A DNA stretch of 64,000 nt. Origin: Felis catus. Taxonomy: Eukaryota. The translations under genes were made by a program, and so were the position numbers. The notes beneath the pieces were generated by a model. The model was not told the origin of the DNA and did no database searches. It saw only the letters and a list, made by a program, of their open reading frames with translations. This document shows positions 1 through 11,924 of the stretch, piece after piece (positions within the stretch are counted from its first letter, which is position 1; each line of letters opens with the position of its first letter). The DNA lies in NCBI RefSeq assembly GCF_018350175.1, contig NC_058368.1:83578001-83642000 (forward strand). Reading direction: 5' to 3'.

Positions 1-611
1 GACATCATAATGCTATCTGCCAAGAATGTTTTGCAGTTCTGGGCCCTTAAAGTGGAACAACCGGGCCACTGAAACAGAATGGCCACCTCACCGCCACCAC
101 ACTGGAATCAGACAAGGAGTAGCCAAAAGGAACAATATGATCAGGAAATGAAATTTTATACCAGTCCTAATCTTCGATCACATTTATCCAGGACCCTGAA
201 GCCTTTACTCCGAATTTTCACCCTTTAAAAACTCCTGCTTATAAGGGGTGCCTGGTTGTCTCAGTTGGTTAAGCAGCTGACTTTTGTGTTTGGCTCAGGT
301 CATGCTCTCATGGTTCATGAGTTCAAGCCTCACATTGGGCTCTGCACTCAATGTGTAGAGCCTACTTCAGGTCCTCTGTCTCTCTGTCTTTCTCTCTGCC
401 CTTCCCCCATTCTCTCTCACTCTCTCAAAAATAAATAAATGTTAAAGTTAAAAACAAAAAACAAAAAAACAAAAGTTCTGCTTGTAAGCCATCAGGGAGT
501 TTGGGACTTTGAGCATTAGCTCCCCATTCTCCTGGGAAGTGCCACACCATTGTCAGTTTTTAGTGGCTTGCTGCACATTCGGTGGACAAACTCTTGTTTG
601 GTTCAGTTACA
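1..611 (+). mobile_element. ERV LTR fragment (3' part), interrupted by a SINE
   Basis: LTR-like TATA/R region (cccttTAAAAactcctg...ccatcagggagtttgggactttgagcattagc) ending in ...ttcagttaCA. The same terminus occurs on the LTR at 34779. Confidence 0.55.
245..470 (+). mobile_element. CanSINE (SINEC)
   Basis: ggggtgcctgg tRNA-derived head, (CT)n, AATAAA, A tail; degenerate TSD ctgctt(a/g)taag. Confidence 0.92.
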
Positions 612-2278
612 CCATCAGTCCTCTGAGGAAACTCCCCAGAGGCAACAATGACATCAACCTTTCCAAATATAATGATTAATTTTCAGTCTTCATTTTTCTC
701 AATGACCAGAATTGGGTATCATGGATCTCTTTCTCTTGTTTTTCCTTCATCATCAGAGACTGGATACCTTTACTGGAAATTCTTCATCTCACTGCCCTCT
801 TGCCTTTAGAGATTCCCACTCTTTCTGTTCAGATTTCTCCAGCATTTCATCTAGGGTCATAGTTGTAAATGCCAAATACCTCCTGAAAACCACCAAATGA
901 ATATTGCATACCTATCCTCTGCCCTGCACTCCGGACTAGGATATCAAAGTGCTTATTCAGTAATTTATCTTGGCTAGTAGACATACCACTCTTTCCTATT
1001 CTGGGGTGAGCCCTTGTCTCTCTTCCTCCTGTGTGCTTTCCTCAGTCCACCCCGTATTAGAAAATGTAAACCCCATTTTCAATATCTTTGCCCAATTAAA
1101 CTCAAAGCTAATACTTCACTTCTCTCATAAATCTAAAGGCATTAGCAAATCCTGTTGCCTTTCTGGTAGATAAATATGTCATAAAACCACCCCATTTTCC
1201 ACCCCATTACCCTTCTAACACACATTATTTCTCCCAACTTTTCACTCCTTCATTCTCCACGCAGACATTTGAGTAAGTCTTTAAAAATATGTTTTTCTCG
1301 AAACTCTCCCGTTATTCTCCAGGTCACTTGAAAGTACAATTACCTGGGACAACAAATAATCAAGCCTCATTGAACTCCCAGCCTTATTTTCACCATGTCT
1401 ATTCTTCCCTACTCCACTGCAGGCACACAGAACACTTGGCTATTTTTCAACAATAATCCTTTCTCATAAGTTTCATACTTATAGTCATTTTTTTTCCAGA
1501 AAACTTCTCTATTATTAGGGAATTTAACCTAACCACTATATGAACTAAACTCAAATGTTAGAGGCTTAACATCATAAAAATAAATTAATTCCTCTCTCAG
1601 GCAGAATAACATGTGATGGTTCCTAGTCAAGTTGTTCTATAAGTGGTGCTTATCCAAGCAGTGACTCAGAGATCCAAGTTCCTCCCATTAAATGTCTTTT
1701 TTTTTAATTTATAGCCAGGCTTCAGCCAAGGAAAAAGAGAGAAAGGGAGAATTAAGTCTCATGTCCCAGAAGTAAATGATAGCACTCTTATTGATACTCC
1801 ACAAGATGTTCTGCTCACATGGAATGCATTTATAGTGACATCTCACTGAATGTCCTGTCGGTATAATATGACCCTCCACTTCTATTCCACAGGATGTCCT
1901 GTTCACATAGGATGTACTTCCATTGATGTCCTGAGGGTTATCATATCCACATGGTTTCATCCACTTGGGAGAATACTGAGACATAAAGCCCTAAGAGGGC
2001 AAACACATTTAGGAACATCTCTACCTAATGATAGGAAAGTATCCATCTCCAATAGAATACTGGCCATCTCTGCCACATTCAGTCACTTTGCTCACCAACA
2101 ATTGCTAGATAGCCCTTTTTCCATGTATAGAATAAACCATCCTCATGAAAGAAAGTCAAAATCTGTCCAGTTATTGCAGCTTAAGTTCTCAGATTCCTGG
2201 AGGACTCAAAACAAAAGAGGGTCCTCTTGGCCTGCTCACTTACTAAGTAAAATATAAATAATTTCTGTCATCTGACTA

Positions 2279-2315
2279 TCAGAGTCCAGAGTGCTAACCA
2301 TTACACAATGGAACC
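2279..2315 (-). pseudogene. Tailless retropseudogene of the 5' half of tRNA-Gln(CTG)
   Basis: The minus strand reads GGTTCCATTGTGTAATGGTTAGCACTCTGGACTCTGA, matching 36 of 37 nt of mammalian tRNA-Gln-CTG as recalled and ending just past the anticodon. It is flanked by 18-bp direct repeats ctgtcatctgac(t/c)atcag (2265-2282, 2318-2335) and has no poly(A). Confidence 0.88.
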
Positions 2316-2977
2316 GACTGTCATCTGACCATCAGGAGAACATAAAGGATACAGTGTTTATACAGTGGTAAAACTGAAACAAGATAATTCAAGAAATGTT
2401 TCTATTCAGAAAGCAGAGGAGAGTAATGGAGACAGACATAGTAATTCAGCAATAGAGACATACAAACATTGCTATAATGCAGATGGAGAAGGCCTTAGTT
2501 CAGATGTCAAGGAGAAAAACATTTAACCTTGTTGTTGGTAGCTCCCTGCTCCACCTTGTCAATTATTCTACCTTATCCATGCTGATTCCTAAATATATTT
2601 GATGTGAACATGGGAGATATGTCTTCTTTGAGGGATGTACTTAAATGTACTTCTGCTCCAATGGCTTAAGGTAACCCAAACAATCAATAGAGATTGTTGT
2701 GTGTGTTTAAAAATTTCCTGCAGCTTATTTGTTTTTGATCTTCTGGATGTTTTTGTAATAAAAATGATATTATTATTTTTATGCTTCCAATAAATTTTAA
2801 GTGCTAGTAAGCAAAGTTATTTTATATTTTAAAAAATGCTGAGAGGAATAACAAGATGGTGACAGAGTAACAGGACCCTAGGCTCATCTCCTCCTATGAA
2901 CACAATAAGATAACTATCAAATCATTGTAAATACCACAGAAATAATCTTGAAGACTGAAGGAACAAAATCCACAACT

Positions 2978-4655
2978 AGGGGTGCCTGGGTGGTTCTTTC
3001 AGTTAAGCCTCTGACTCTTTTTTTTTTTTATGAAATCTTTTTATTGATATAATTATTATTTTTTTATATATGAAATTTATTGTCAAATTGGTTTCCATAC
3101 AACACCCAGTGCTCATCCCAAAAGGTGCCCTCCTCAATACCCATCACCCACCCTCTCCTCCCTCCCACCCCCCATCAACCCTCAGTTTGTTCTCAGTTTT
3201 TAACAGTCTCTTATGCTTTGGCTCTCTCCCACTCTAATCTCTTTTTTTTTTCCTTCCCCTCCCCCATGGGTTCCTGTTAAGTTTCTCAGGATCCACATAA
3301 GAGTGAAACCATATGGTATCTGTCTTTCTCTGTATGGCTTATTTCACTTAGCATCACACTCTCCAGTTCCATCCACGTTGCTACAAAAGGCCATATTCCA
3401 ATACTATTTTAAATAACAGTGGTGAGAGTGGAGCTCTCTTTTGTGTTCCTGATCATAGAGGAAAAGCTCTGAGTTTTTCCCCATTAAGGATGGTATTAAC
3501 TATGGGTTCTTTGATATATGTCCTTCAGTATATTATGTATGTTTCCTTTAATTTCTATTTTGTGGCACAAAAACAGACACATAGACCAATGGAATAGAAT
3601 AGAAACTCCAGAACTAGACCCACAAACGTATGGCCAACTCATCTTTGACAAAGCAGGAAAGAACATCCAATGGAAAAAAGACAGCCTCTTTAACAAATGG
3701 TGCTGGGAGAACTGGACAGCAACATGCAGAAGGTTGAAACTAGACCCCTTTCTCACACCATTCACAAAAATAAACTCCAAATGGATAAAGGACCTGAATG
3801 TGAGACAGGAAACCATCAAAACCTTAGAGGAGAAAGCAGGAAAAGACCTCTCTGACCTCAGCCGTAGCAATCTCTTACTCGACACATCCCCAAAGGCAAG
3901 GGAATTAAAAGCAAAAGTGAATTACTGGGACCTTATGAAGATAAAAAGCTTCTGCACAGCAAAGGAAACAACCAACAAAACTAAAAGGCAACCAACGGAA
4001 TGGGAAAAGATATTCGCAAATGACATATCGGACAAAGGGCTAGTATCCAAAATCTATAAAGAGCTCACCAAACTCCACACCCGAAAAACAAATAACCCAG
4101 TGAAGAAATGGGCAGAAAACATGAATAGACACTTCTCTAAAGAAGACATCCGGATGGCCAACAGGCACATGAAAAGATGCTCAACGTCGCTCCTTATCAG
4201 GGAAATACAAATCAAAACCACACTCAGGTATCACCTCACGCCAGTCAGAGTGGCCAAAATGAACAAATCAGGAGACTATAGATGCTGGAGAGGATGTGGA
4301 GAAATGGGAACCCTCTTGCACTGTTGGTGGGAATGCAAATTGGTGCAGCCGCTCTGGAAAGCAGTGTGGAGGTTCCTCAGAAAATTAAAAATAGACCTAC
4401 CCTATGACCCAGCAATAGCACTGCTAGGAATTTATCCAAGGGATACAGGAGTACTGATGCATAGGGGCACTTGTACCCCAATGTTCATAGAAGCCTCTGA
4501 CTCTTGATTTCAGTTCAGTTCATGATCTCATGGTTCATGGGATCAAGCCCCATGTTGGACTCCATGCTAACAGTGCTGAATCTGCCTGGGATTCTCTCCC
4601 CCTCTCTCTCTTCCCCTTATCTCTTCTCAAAATAAATAAATAAACTTAAAAGAAA
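2978..4655 (+). mobile_element. CanSINE split by a young L1 (head 2978-3019, remainder 4491-4655)
   Basis: The SINE sequence resumes exactly after the duplicated aagcctctgactctt. The SINE's own TSD ccacaacta lies on both sides. Confidence 0.9.
3020..4490 (-). mobile_element. Young felid L1, 5'-truncated with 5' inversion (twin priming)
   Basis: Poly(T), 3'UTR and ORF2 end on the minus strand (3020-3397); uninterrupted ORF2 C-terminal part on the plus strand (3563-4490); perfect 15-bp TSD at 3005-3019 and 4491-4505. Confidence 0.92.
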
Positions 4656-6657
4656 AACCCCACAACTACAGACAGAGAGTACCCACAATGAGGAAGGTAG
4701 GAAGTCCAGATGTATGCTTTAGGGGAGAAACAGATCACAGGTGCTGTGGATGGAAGAGAACTGTGGTTGTGGAGAAAGGTGAGAGAGAGAAGCACGGAGG
4801 GAAATGCAAAAGGAGAATATTTCCCCAAAAAGCATAGGCTGGGAAAATGAAAGGTGCTTATTTTCATGAGTTTTTGCAGCCAGCGGGGCTCAAAGACTGG
4901 AGTTTTAAAGGTCAGTGGTGATAGATCCTGGAGGACACTGTGCTACTCCTAGAGAAAAGTCAGTAAACAACTCAGGGTCAGATAGTGTGGAACAACAATC
5001 TGAAGATTGCTTGGCGCTCACTGGGGAGAGATTATTCACTCTTCTCAGAGTATGTCCCTGAGAGGCAGCGTTCCCCGAGACTCCTCTCTAGGAATAGGGG
5101 AGCTGGCCTGTGCCATTTTCCTACCCTGTCATTCAGGATAAACACAGAGCCACCTCAGGGAAGCAACTCAGCATGAACACTGGCTACCTAAGTTGCTACA
5201 TCAAGCCCCACACTTGGTGCTCTGGTAGAACTGTCCTTCTCAGTCAAGCTTGTCGCAGACCCAGTGTGGTGATCCCAGAAGTATGTATTCTTTCCCTAGA
5301 GACTAGCCCCAAACTCTGCCCACACCATGTATCCCATGGCCAGGGAGTTCTGCAGGGCCTCAGTTCAGGGAGAGTTGGTGTCAGGTCTCATTTAACATGC
5401 AGACCAGAGCACACCTGGCTAAAAGTCACCACATTCAGGCCAGGGACCAAACGCACCACACACAATAGGCTGCCCAGATGACTGCCCTGAAGGATAGAAC
5501 AGCTCAAACACAATGGCAGAACACACACAGCAAACACTGAAGATGCTGCCTGAAGTGCCAGACCCTGGTCACCACATGACCTTTTATTCATAAAGCCATT
5601 ACTTTCAAGAACAGAAGACATAAATTGCTCCGCTCTTACATACAAGAAAGGAGACACAGACGAAATGCCAAGATGGAGGAATTTATCCCAAATGAAAGAA
5701 CAAGATAAGGCCACAGCCAGAGGTCTGAGCAAAACATATAAGTAATTGCCTGATGGAGAATATAAAGCAACATTCATAAGCATACTCACTGGGCTTGAGA
5801 AAAAAAATAGAAGACATCAGAGAGATCTTTACCACAGAAATAAAAGAGTGAAAAAAGAATCAATCAGAGATGATGAGTGCAATAAACGAGATTGCAAACA
5901 GGCTTCATGCAATTAACAGCAGGCTGGAAAAGGCAGAGAAATTAATGAGTGACATAGAATATAAAATAATGGAAAATAATGGCGCTGAAGAAAAAAAAAG
6001 AAGAATAATGAAACATGAGAAAAGACTTAAGGAACTCAGTGATTCCATCAAATATTTTAAAAAATGTATTATAGGAGTCTCAGAAGAAAAATAGAGAGAA
6101 TTTATTTTGAGAATGATATCAGAAAACATCCCTAGTCTAGGGGAAAAAAACCCAGACATCCAGATCCAGAGGACTAGGAGAACTCCCATCAAAATCAACA
6201 AAAGGGGGCCAACACCAAAACACATTGTAATTAAATTTCCAAAATATAGTGATAAAGAAAAAAAATTATCTTAAACACAGTTAGGACAAAAGAAGTCTTT
6301 AACTTACAAGGGAAAACCCATAAGTCTAGCTGGAGATTTCATAATAGAACCTTGGCAAGCCAGAAAGGAGTGACATGATATACTCAAAATGCTAAATAGG
6401 AACAAGCTACAGCCAAGAATCCTCTATCCATCAAGGTTGTCATTCAGAATAGAAGGAGAGATAAAAAGTTTCCCAGACAAACAAATATTAAAAGAGTTTG
6501 TGATAACTCAACCAGCCCTGCAAGAAATATTAAAGGGGACTGTGAAGATAGAGTCCAAAAGTGGCAAAGACAAGAAAGGAACACAGAAAATCTCCAGAAA
6601 AAAATGACAAAATAAGTGATAAAATGGCACTAAGTGCATATCTAAGATAATTATTTT

Positions 6658-6850
6658 GGGGGCACGTGAGTGGCTCAGTTGGTTAAGCATCTGACTTTGG
6701 CCCAGGTTGTGATTTCATCCCACATCAGACTTTGCTGACATCTTACAGCCTGGAGCCTGCCCAGATATTGTGTCTCCCTCTCTCTCTGCCCCACCCCCAC
6801 TTGCACTGTGCCTCTCTCTGTCTCTCAAAAATGAATAAACATTTTTTTAA
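6658..6850 (+). mobile_element. CanSINE inside L1
   Basis: Head, (CT)n and tail; degenerate TSD ata(a/g)ttatttt. Confidence 0.88.
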
Positions 6851-7090
6851 AGAAAATAGTTATTTTGAATGTAAATGGACTAAATGCTCCAGACAAAAAT
6901 CACAGGGTGTCAAAATAGATAAAAACAAAAACAAAAACACAAGACCCATGTATATGCTGCCTAAAAGAGACTCATTTTAAATATAAAGACACCTGCAGAT
7001 TAAAAGTGAAAAGGTAAAGAAACATTTATCACACAAATAAATGTCAAAAGAAAGGCCAAGTAGCAATACTTATATTGGACAAACTAGACG

Positions 7091-8400
7091 TTTTTGTTCT
7101 TGTATTGTTTTTATTTTGCTTTGGTATCAGGTTAGTACTGGCCTCATAGAATAATTTTGAATGTGTTTTCTCTATTTCATTATTTTCAAGATTATTATTA
7201 AGGCTGTCATTAATTATTATTGTGTTTTATTGTTTGATAGAATTCCCCAATGAAACCATGGGATCTTGGACTTTTCTGAGCTGGGAGATTTTTTTTTATT
7301 CCAAACTCCACTTTCATTTCTGTTATTGGTCTGAGATTTCCTACTTGTTGGATTCAAAATCCATGATTCAAACTTATAACCTGAGCATTTAATAGGAATT
7401 TTCTTTTTTCCCTAAGTGATCTGATTGTTAGTATATAATTGCTTAGAGTAATCTGTTACCACGCTATGTATTTCTGTGGTTATCTGTTGTATTGCTTTCT
7501 CTTCCGTTGTTAATTTTGATTTTTGAGTCTCCTGGCTTTCTTTTCTTAGTTAATGTAGTTAAAGTATTGCCAATTTTGTTCATTTTTTGGGGGGAAAAAT
7601 GGTTATTATTTTCAATGTTATATTATTGTTTATTCTGGTCTCTATTTTATGTATTTACTATTTTTATTTGTTGTTTCTTTCCTCTACTAAATTTTAGCTC
7701 AGTTTCTTTTTCTAGGTCCTTGCGGTGTAATGTTGTTTGTTTGCAGTTTTTTTTGTTGTTGTTGTTTGCTTATTTATTTTGAGAGGAGAGAGAGAGAGTG
7801 AGTGGAGCAGAGAGAAAGGGAGAGAGAGAATCCCAAGCAGGCTCCATCCACACTGTCGGTGCAGAGGCTAACATTGGGTTTGATCTCACCAACCGCGGAC
7901 TGAAACCAAAATCAAGAGTTGGATGCTTAACCAACTGAGCTACCCAGGCACCCCTAATTTTTTTTTTCTTAATGAAATCATTTATAGCATATATTTCAAT
8001 CTAACATCTGCTTTTGCTGCTTGCAAAGATTTTGTAATATCATTTTCCTTTTGTTTTGAGACATATTTTGATTTGCCATTTGATTTTTTATTTGGTTTAT
8101 TGCTTGTGCAGTTTTGTACTATTTAATATTTACATATTAAATATTTACATTGTAGGTTTTCCAGCTTTGTGGTACAGTTGATCTTTAGTTTTGTAATATT
8201 GTGGTTGAAAAATATACTTGGTATGATTTCAGTCTTCTTAAATTTGTAATATTTGTTATGTCTCTTTTTGTGTGATTTAACCAGGGCATTTTTCTGTGCA
8301 TACTTAAGGAAAATGTGTGTTCCATTTTTCATAGAGAAAATGCTTTATATATGTCTTTAGAACCATGTATTATGAAGGATGCTTTAGGCAAAAGATATTC
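7091..8400 (-). mobile_element. Old L1 ORF2 fragment
   Basis: Decayed ORF2 EN/linker sequence on the minus strand (KKTEIIPSIFFNHN-like peptide). Confidence 0.75.
7760..7954 (-). mobile_element. CanSINE
   Basis: Reverse-oriented head (ccaggcacccc), (GA)n, tttatt. Confidence 0.88.
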
Positions 8401-8429
8401 TTGTTGAAAAAAAAATCTTTAACTGAGGG

Positions 8430-8640
8430 CACTTGTTTAAAGTAAAACACATCAGAGGGTAGGTGTGTGGGGGGGCTGGGTGAAATAGGTAAGGTAGAGT
8501 GAATGAAGAGTACACTCATCATGGTAGGCACTGAGTATCATGTAGAGAATTGTTGAATCACTGTATTGTACACCCTAAACTAATAAAATACTGTATATTA
8601 ACTATACTGGAATTAAAATTTAAAAATTTAATAAAGAAAA
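8430..8640 (+). mobile_element. L1 3'UTR fragment
   Basis: cactgag...gttgaatcactgtattgtacacc...ttaactatactgg followed by an A-rich tail. Confidence 0.7.
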
Positions 8641-8789
8641 ACAAGTGCTGAATCCTGGCTTATTTAACCATCATCATCTGTGTTTCTCTCCGTATAAACT
8701 ATTACTTTGAAATAATCTGAAACAACAGATGTAAAGTCCACACTCAATCTGAGCTCAATCAAGAATTATAACTTGATTAGTTTTCTTCT

Positions 8790-9017
8790 TTTTTTTTTTA
8801 ATTTTTTTTCAACGTTTATTTATTTTTGGGACAGAGAGAGACAGAGCATGAGCAGGGGAGGGGCAGAGAGAGAGAGAGGGAGACACAGAATCGGAAACAG
8901 AGCTCCAGGCTCTGAGCCATCAGCCCAGAGCCCGACGCGGGGCTCGAACTCACGGACCGCGAGCTGGTGACCTGGCTGAAGTCGGACGCTTAACCCACTG
9001 CGCCACCCAGGCGCCCC
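8790..9017 (-). mobile_element. Young felid CanSINE (SINEC_Fc-like)
   Basis: CpGs retained; TSD gattagtttt. Confidence 0.93.
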
Positions 9018-9239
9018 GATTAGTTTTTTTTCTGATATAATTATTGAGCAAAGTCTTTAAAAAATTCCTTCATTCCTATTTGGAATGCAATAGTATCAGA
9101 TTTTTCAAATCCTGCAAGGACTTTCATTTCTGGCTCTGTCTGCTCTGTTTCACTTTGGCACATATTGGCCAATTATATCCTGCGCTCCACTTTGTTTGAA
9201 CCCTTTGCCAAAGGTAACTAGCAAAAAGAAACATATTCC

Positions 9240-10031
9240 AATTGGGGTTTTGATTTGCATTTCCCTGATGGTGATGTTGAGCATCTTTTTATGTGTTTTT
9301 GGCCATTTGTATGTCCTCTTTGGAAATTTGTCTATTCAGGTCCTCTGCCCATTTTTTAATCAGAGTGTTTCTTTGTTTAGTGCTAGTTTTATAAGTTATT
9401 TATACATTTTGGATGTTAACTGCTTATTGGATATGATATTTACAACATCTCCTCCTATAAAGTATGTTTCCTTTTTGTTTTGATGATGGCTTTCTTCACT
9501 GTGCCAAAGCTTTTTATTTTGGTGTAGTACCAATAGTTTATTTTTGCTTTTGTTTCCCTTGCCTGAGAAGACACATCTAGAAAAAAATGCTTCAATAGTT
9601 GATATTAAAGAGACTACTGCCTATGTTTTCTTCTAGGAGTTTTATGGCTTCTGGTATCACATTTAGGAGAAACAAACAAACAAACAAACAAAAGATTCTT
9701 AAATATAGAGACCAAAATGCTGGTTTCTGGAAAGGAAATGGCTGAGGAGATGAATAAAATAGATTAAAAAAAAAAAAAAAGGTTAACAGTGCAGTTATCT
9801 TGATGAGCACTGAGTAATGTATAGAAATGTGAATCATTATATCCTACACTTGATATTATATAAGACTGTATGTTAATTATACTTTAATTAAAAAAAAAAG
9901 TTACAGGGGCACCTGGGTGTTTCAGTCAGTTAAGCTTCTAACTCCTAGTTTTGGCTTAGGTCAGGATCTCATGGTCCCTGAGTTTAAGCCCTGTGTTGGG
10001 CTCTGCACCTCCTATGTGGAGTCTGCTTGGG

Positions 10032-10078
<47 letters not shown>

Positions 10079-10350
10079 ATGACCTTCCCCTGCTCATTCT
10101 CTCTCTCTATTTCTCAAAATAAATACTCTTAAAAGAAAGAGTTATAAATATCCAGGCATAAAGTCATGTATATGAAAAGCACAATATAGGGAACATTGTT
10201 AATAATATTGTAAAACATTGTATGGTGACAGATGGTGATTACACATATCATAGTGAGCATTGAATAATGTACAGAGTTGCAAAATCAATATATTGTACAC
10301 CTGTAACTAATATAACATTATATGTTAATTATACTTCACTAATAAAAATA
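9240..10350. mobile_element. L1 fragments: ORF2 3' part on minus (9240-9667), then two plus-strand 3'UTR ends (9690-9900, 10150-10350)
   Basis: Recognisable L1 ORF2 and 3'UTR motifs, with an orientation switch at ~9668. Confidence 0.7.
9906..10135 (+). mobile_element. CanSINE
   Basis: Head, long (CT)n, AATAAA. Confidence 0.9.
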
Positions 10351-10832
10351 AAGGAATACCATTATTGCTTTGTTTCTATCTTAGAATCATAAACTCTTCA
10401 GCTTCTCACAGGAACAATTTTACCAAGTGCTTAGACACCACATAATAGTGATAGCTATCATTTCAGCCATTAACCCATTTCTCACCATCTACCACCTGAC
10501 TGGCCAAGAATATAGTTTTTAGGCTTCTTAATGTTAGTACCTACTGAAGTTACAAGTTCCAATATTAGATAATATCACCGATTCTAGCTTCCATAGCAAC
10601 AACAATAACAACATCAGCAACAACACCCGGAAATTTTCGTGACTATGTTAGAAAGTTTATTTCACCCTAGGCAAGTCTCCCTGTGAATATTCCTAGTTGA
10701 ATAACTAACATTTGAATCTGTCCTCTATGGAAAGACTCATGATCTTAACTTCTTCCCTTTAATGAGAGTCTTGTAAATAGATGATGTAAACTTATAGTAT
10801 CGATTAAGTACAGTGCAGTACTTATTTTCTAT

Positions 10833-11325
10833 TGTAAGGGTTAAATTGTAGTGTAGGGCTAATGCTTAGCTTGAAAAATAACAGCTTTGTGTTGACACTG
10901 AAGGTTAAGAGATAACAGCCTTGCTTTGCTCTTGTAAACTATGCCTCATACTCTTGTAAATTAGGCTTCACCAATTAAGGAAACAAAAGTTCAAAGAAAA
11001 GAGCATCAGAGGCAGGGTCAAGGAGATCCACTGGTTGCAACTTAGAGGCAGAAAGTCTAAAATAAACACCTCATTAGACAACTGTTTCTAACTCATCTGG
11101 CAACTCTTTCTAACTCATCTGGAAACTGTTTCTTTGTTCTGTTCCCAGGTGATGATAAAACAATGTGATCAGTTATAAAACTCTGTACCCCAGCTGTTCA
11201 AGGCCGCACTCTTATCAAGAGTGTTGGTCCCAATCGGTCGGCCTTGCCTCTCATTGTAATAAACTTTGTTGTGACTGTCACTGGTGCCCGTAGCATTCTG
11301 TTTCAGGAGTCATGTGGATGCAACA
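10833..11325 (+). mobile_element. Solo ERV LTR (class I-like), 493 bp
   Basis: TG...CA termini, 4-bp TSD CTAT (10829-10832, 11326-11329), TATAAAA at ~11174, AATAAA at ~11258. Confidence 0.88.
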
Positions 11326-11361
11326 CTATTCTTCATGATTTTCTTAATAATATTTTATCTC

Positions 11362-11572
11362 AGGGATGCCTGAGTGGCTCAGTCAGTTAAGCATCTGACT
11401 TTGGCTCAGGTCATGGTTTCATGATTTGTGCGTTTGAGTCCCGCGTCAGGCTCTGTGCTGACAGCTTACAGCCTGAAGCCTGCTTCAGATTCTGTGTCTC
11501 CCTCTCTCTCTGCTTCTCTCCCAGTCATGCTCTGTTTCTCTTTCTCTCAAAAATAAATAAACATTAAAAAAT
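11362..11572 (+). mobile_element. CanSINE
   Basis: 15-bp TSD aataatattttatct. Confidence 0.92.
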
Positions 11573-11739
11573 AAGAATAATATTTTATCTATGACTTACT
11601 TTATTGTAAGAATATAGTATATTATACATATAACATGCAATATATTTGTTAAGTGTTTGTGTTATAAATAAGGTTTCTAATCAACAATAGGCTGTTAGCA
11701 CTTAATTTTGGGGGGATTCAAAAGTTATATGTGGACTTT

Positions 11740-11924
11740 TAAAAATTTTGTTTATTTTGAAAGAGAGGGAGAGGAAGCACAAACAAGGGAAGGAGAGAGA
11801 GAGAGAGAGAGAAAGAAAGAGAATCGCAAGCAAGCTCCATGCTGTCATGCTCTCAGCTCAGAGCCCCACATGGGCGTTAATCTCATGAAGAAAACATTTA
11901 ACTGATTGAGCCACTCAGGTGCCC
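11740..11924 (-). mobile_element. CanSINE (internally deleted)
   Basis: TSD tatat(g/a)tggactttt. Confidence 0.88.

Larger units (their letters stand above)
2841..7089 (+). mobile_element. Carnivore L1: 5'UTR, decayed ORF1 and start of ORF2 endonuclease; 3' part missing
   Basis: 5' end with caagatgg. ORF1 remnants at ~5665-6550 (LQPRILYPSRLSFRIEGEIKSFPDKQ). The EN region ends abruptly at ~7089. Confidence 0.88.

Noticed and set aside
2279..2315. Functional tRNA-Gln gene
   Set aside because: Only the 5' half is present; there is no T-arm/B-box or 3' acceptor strand.
620..2800. Ancient L2/MaLR-like remnants and the 135-aa ORF at 1850-2257
   Set aside because: Too decayed to assign by eye, and the ORF has no recognisable homology.
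3518..4507. 329-aa ORF
   Set aside because: It is L1 ORF2 C-terminus with an accidental start in the captured fragment and a stop in the TSD/SINE; not a host gene.
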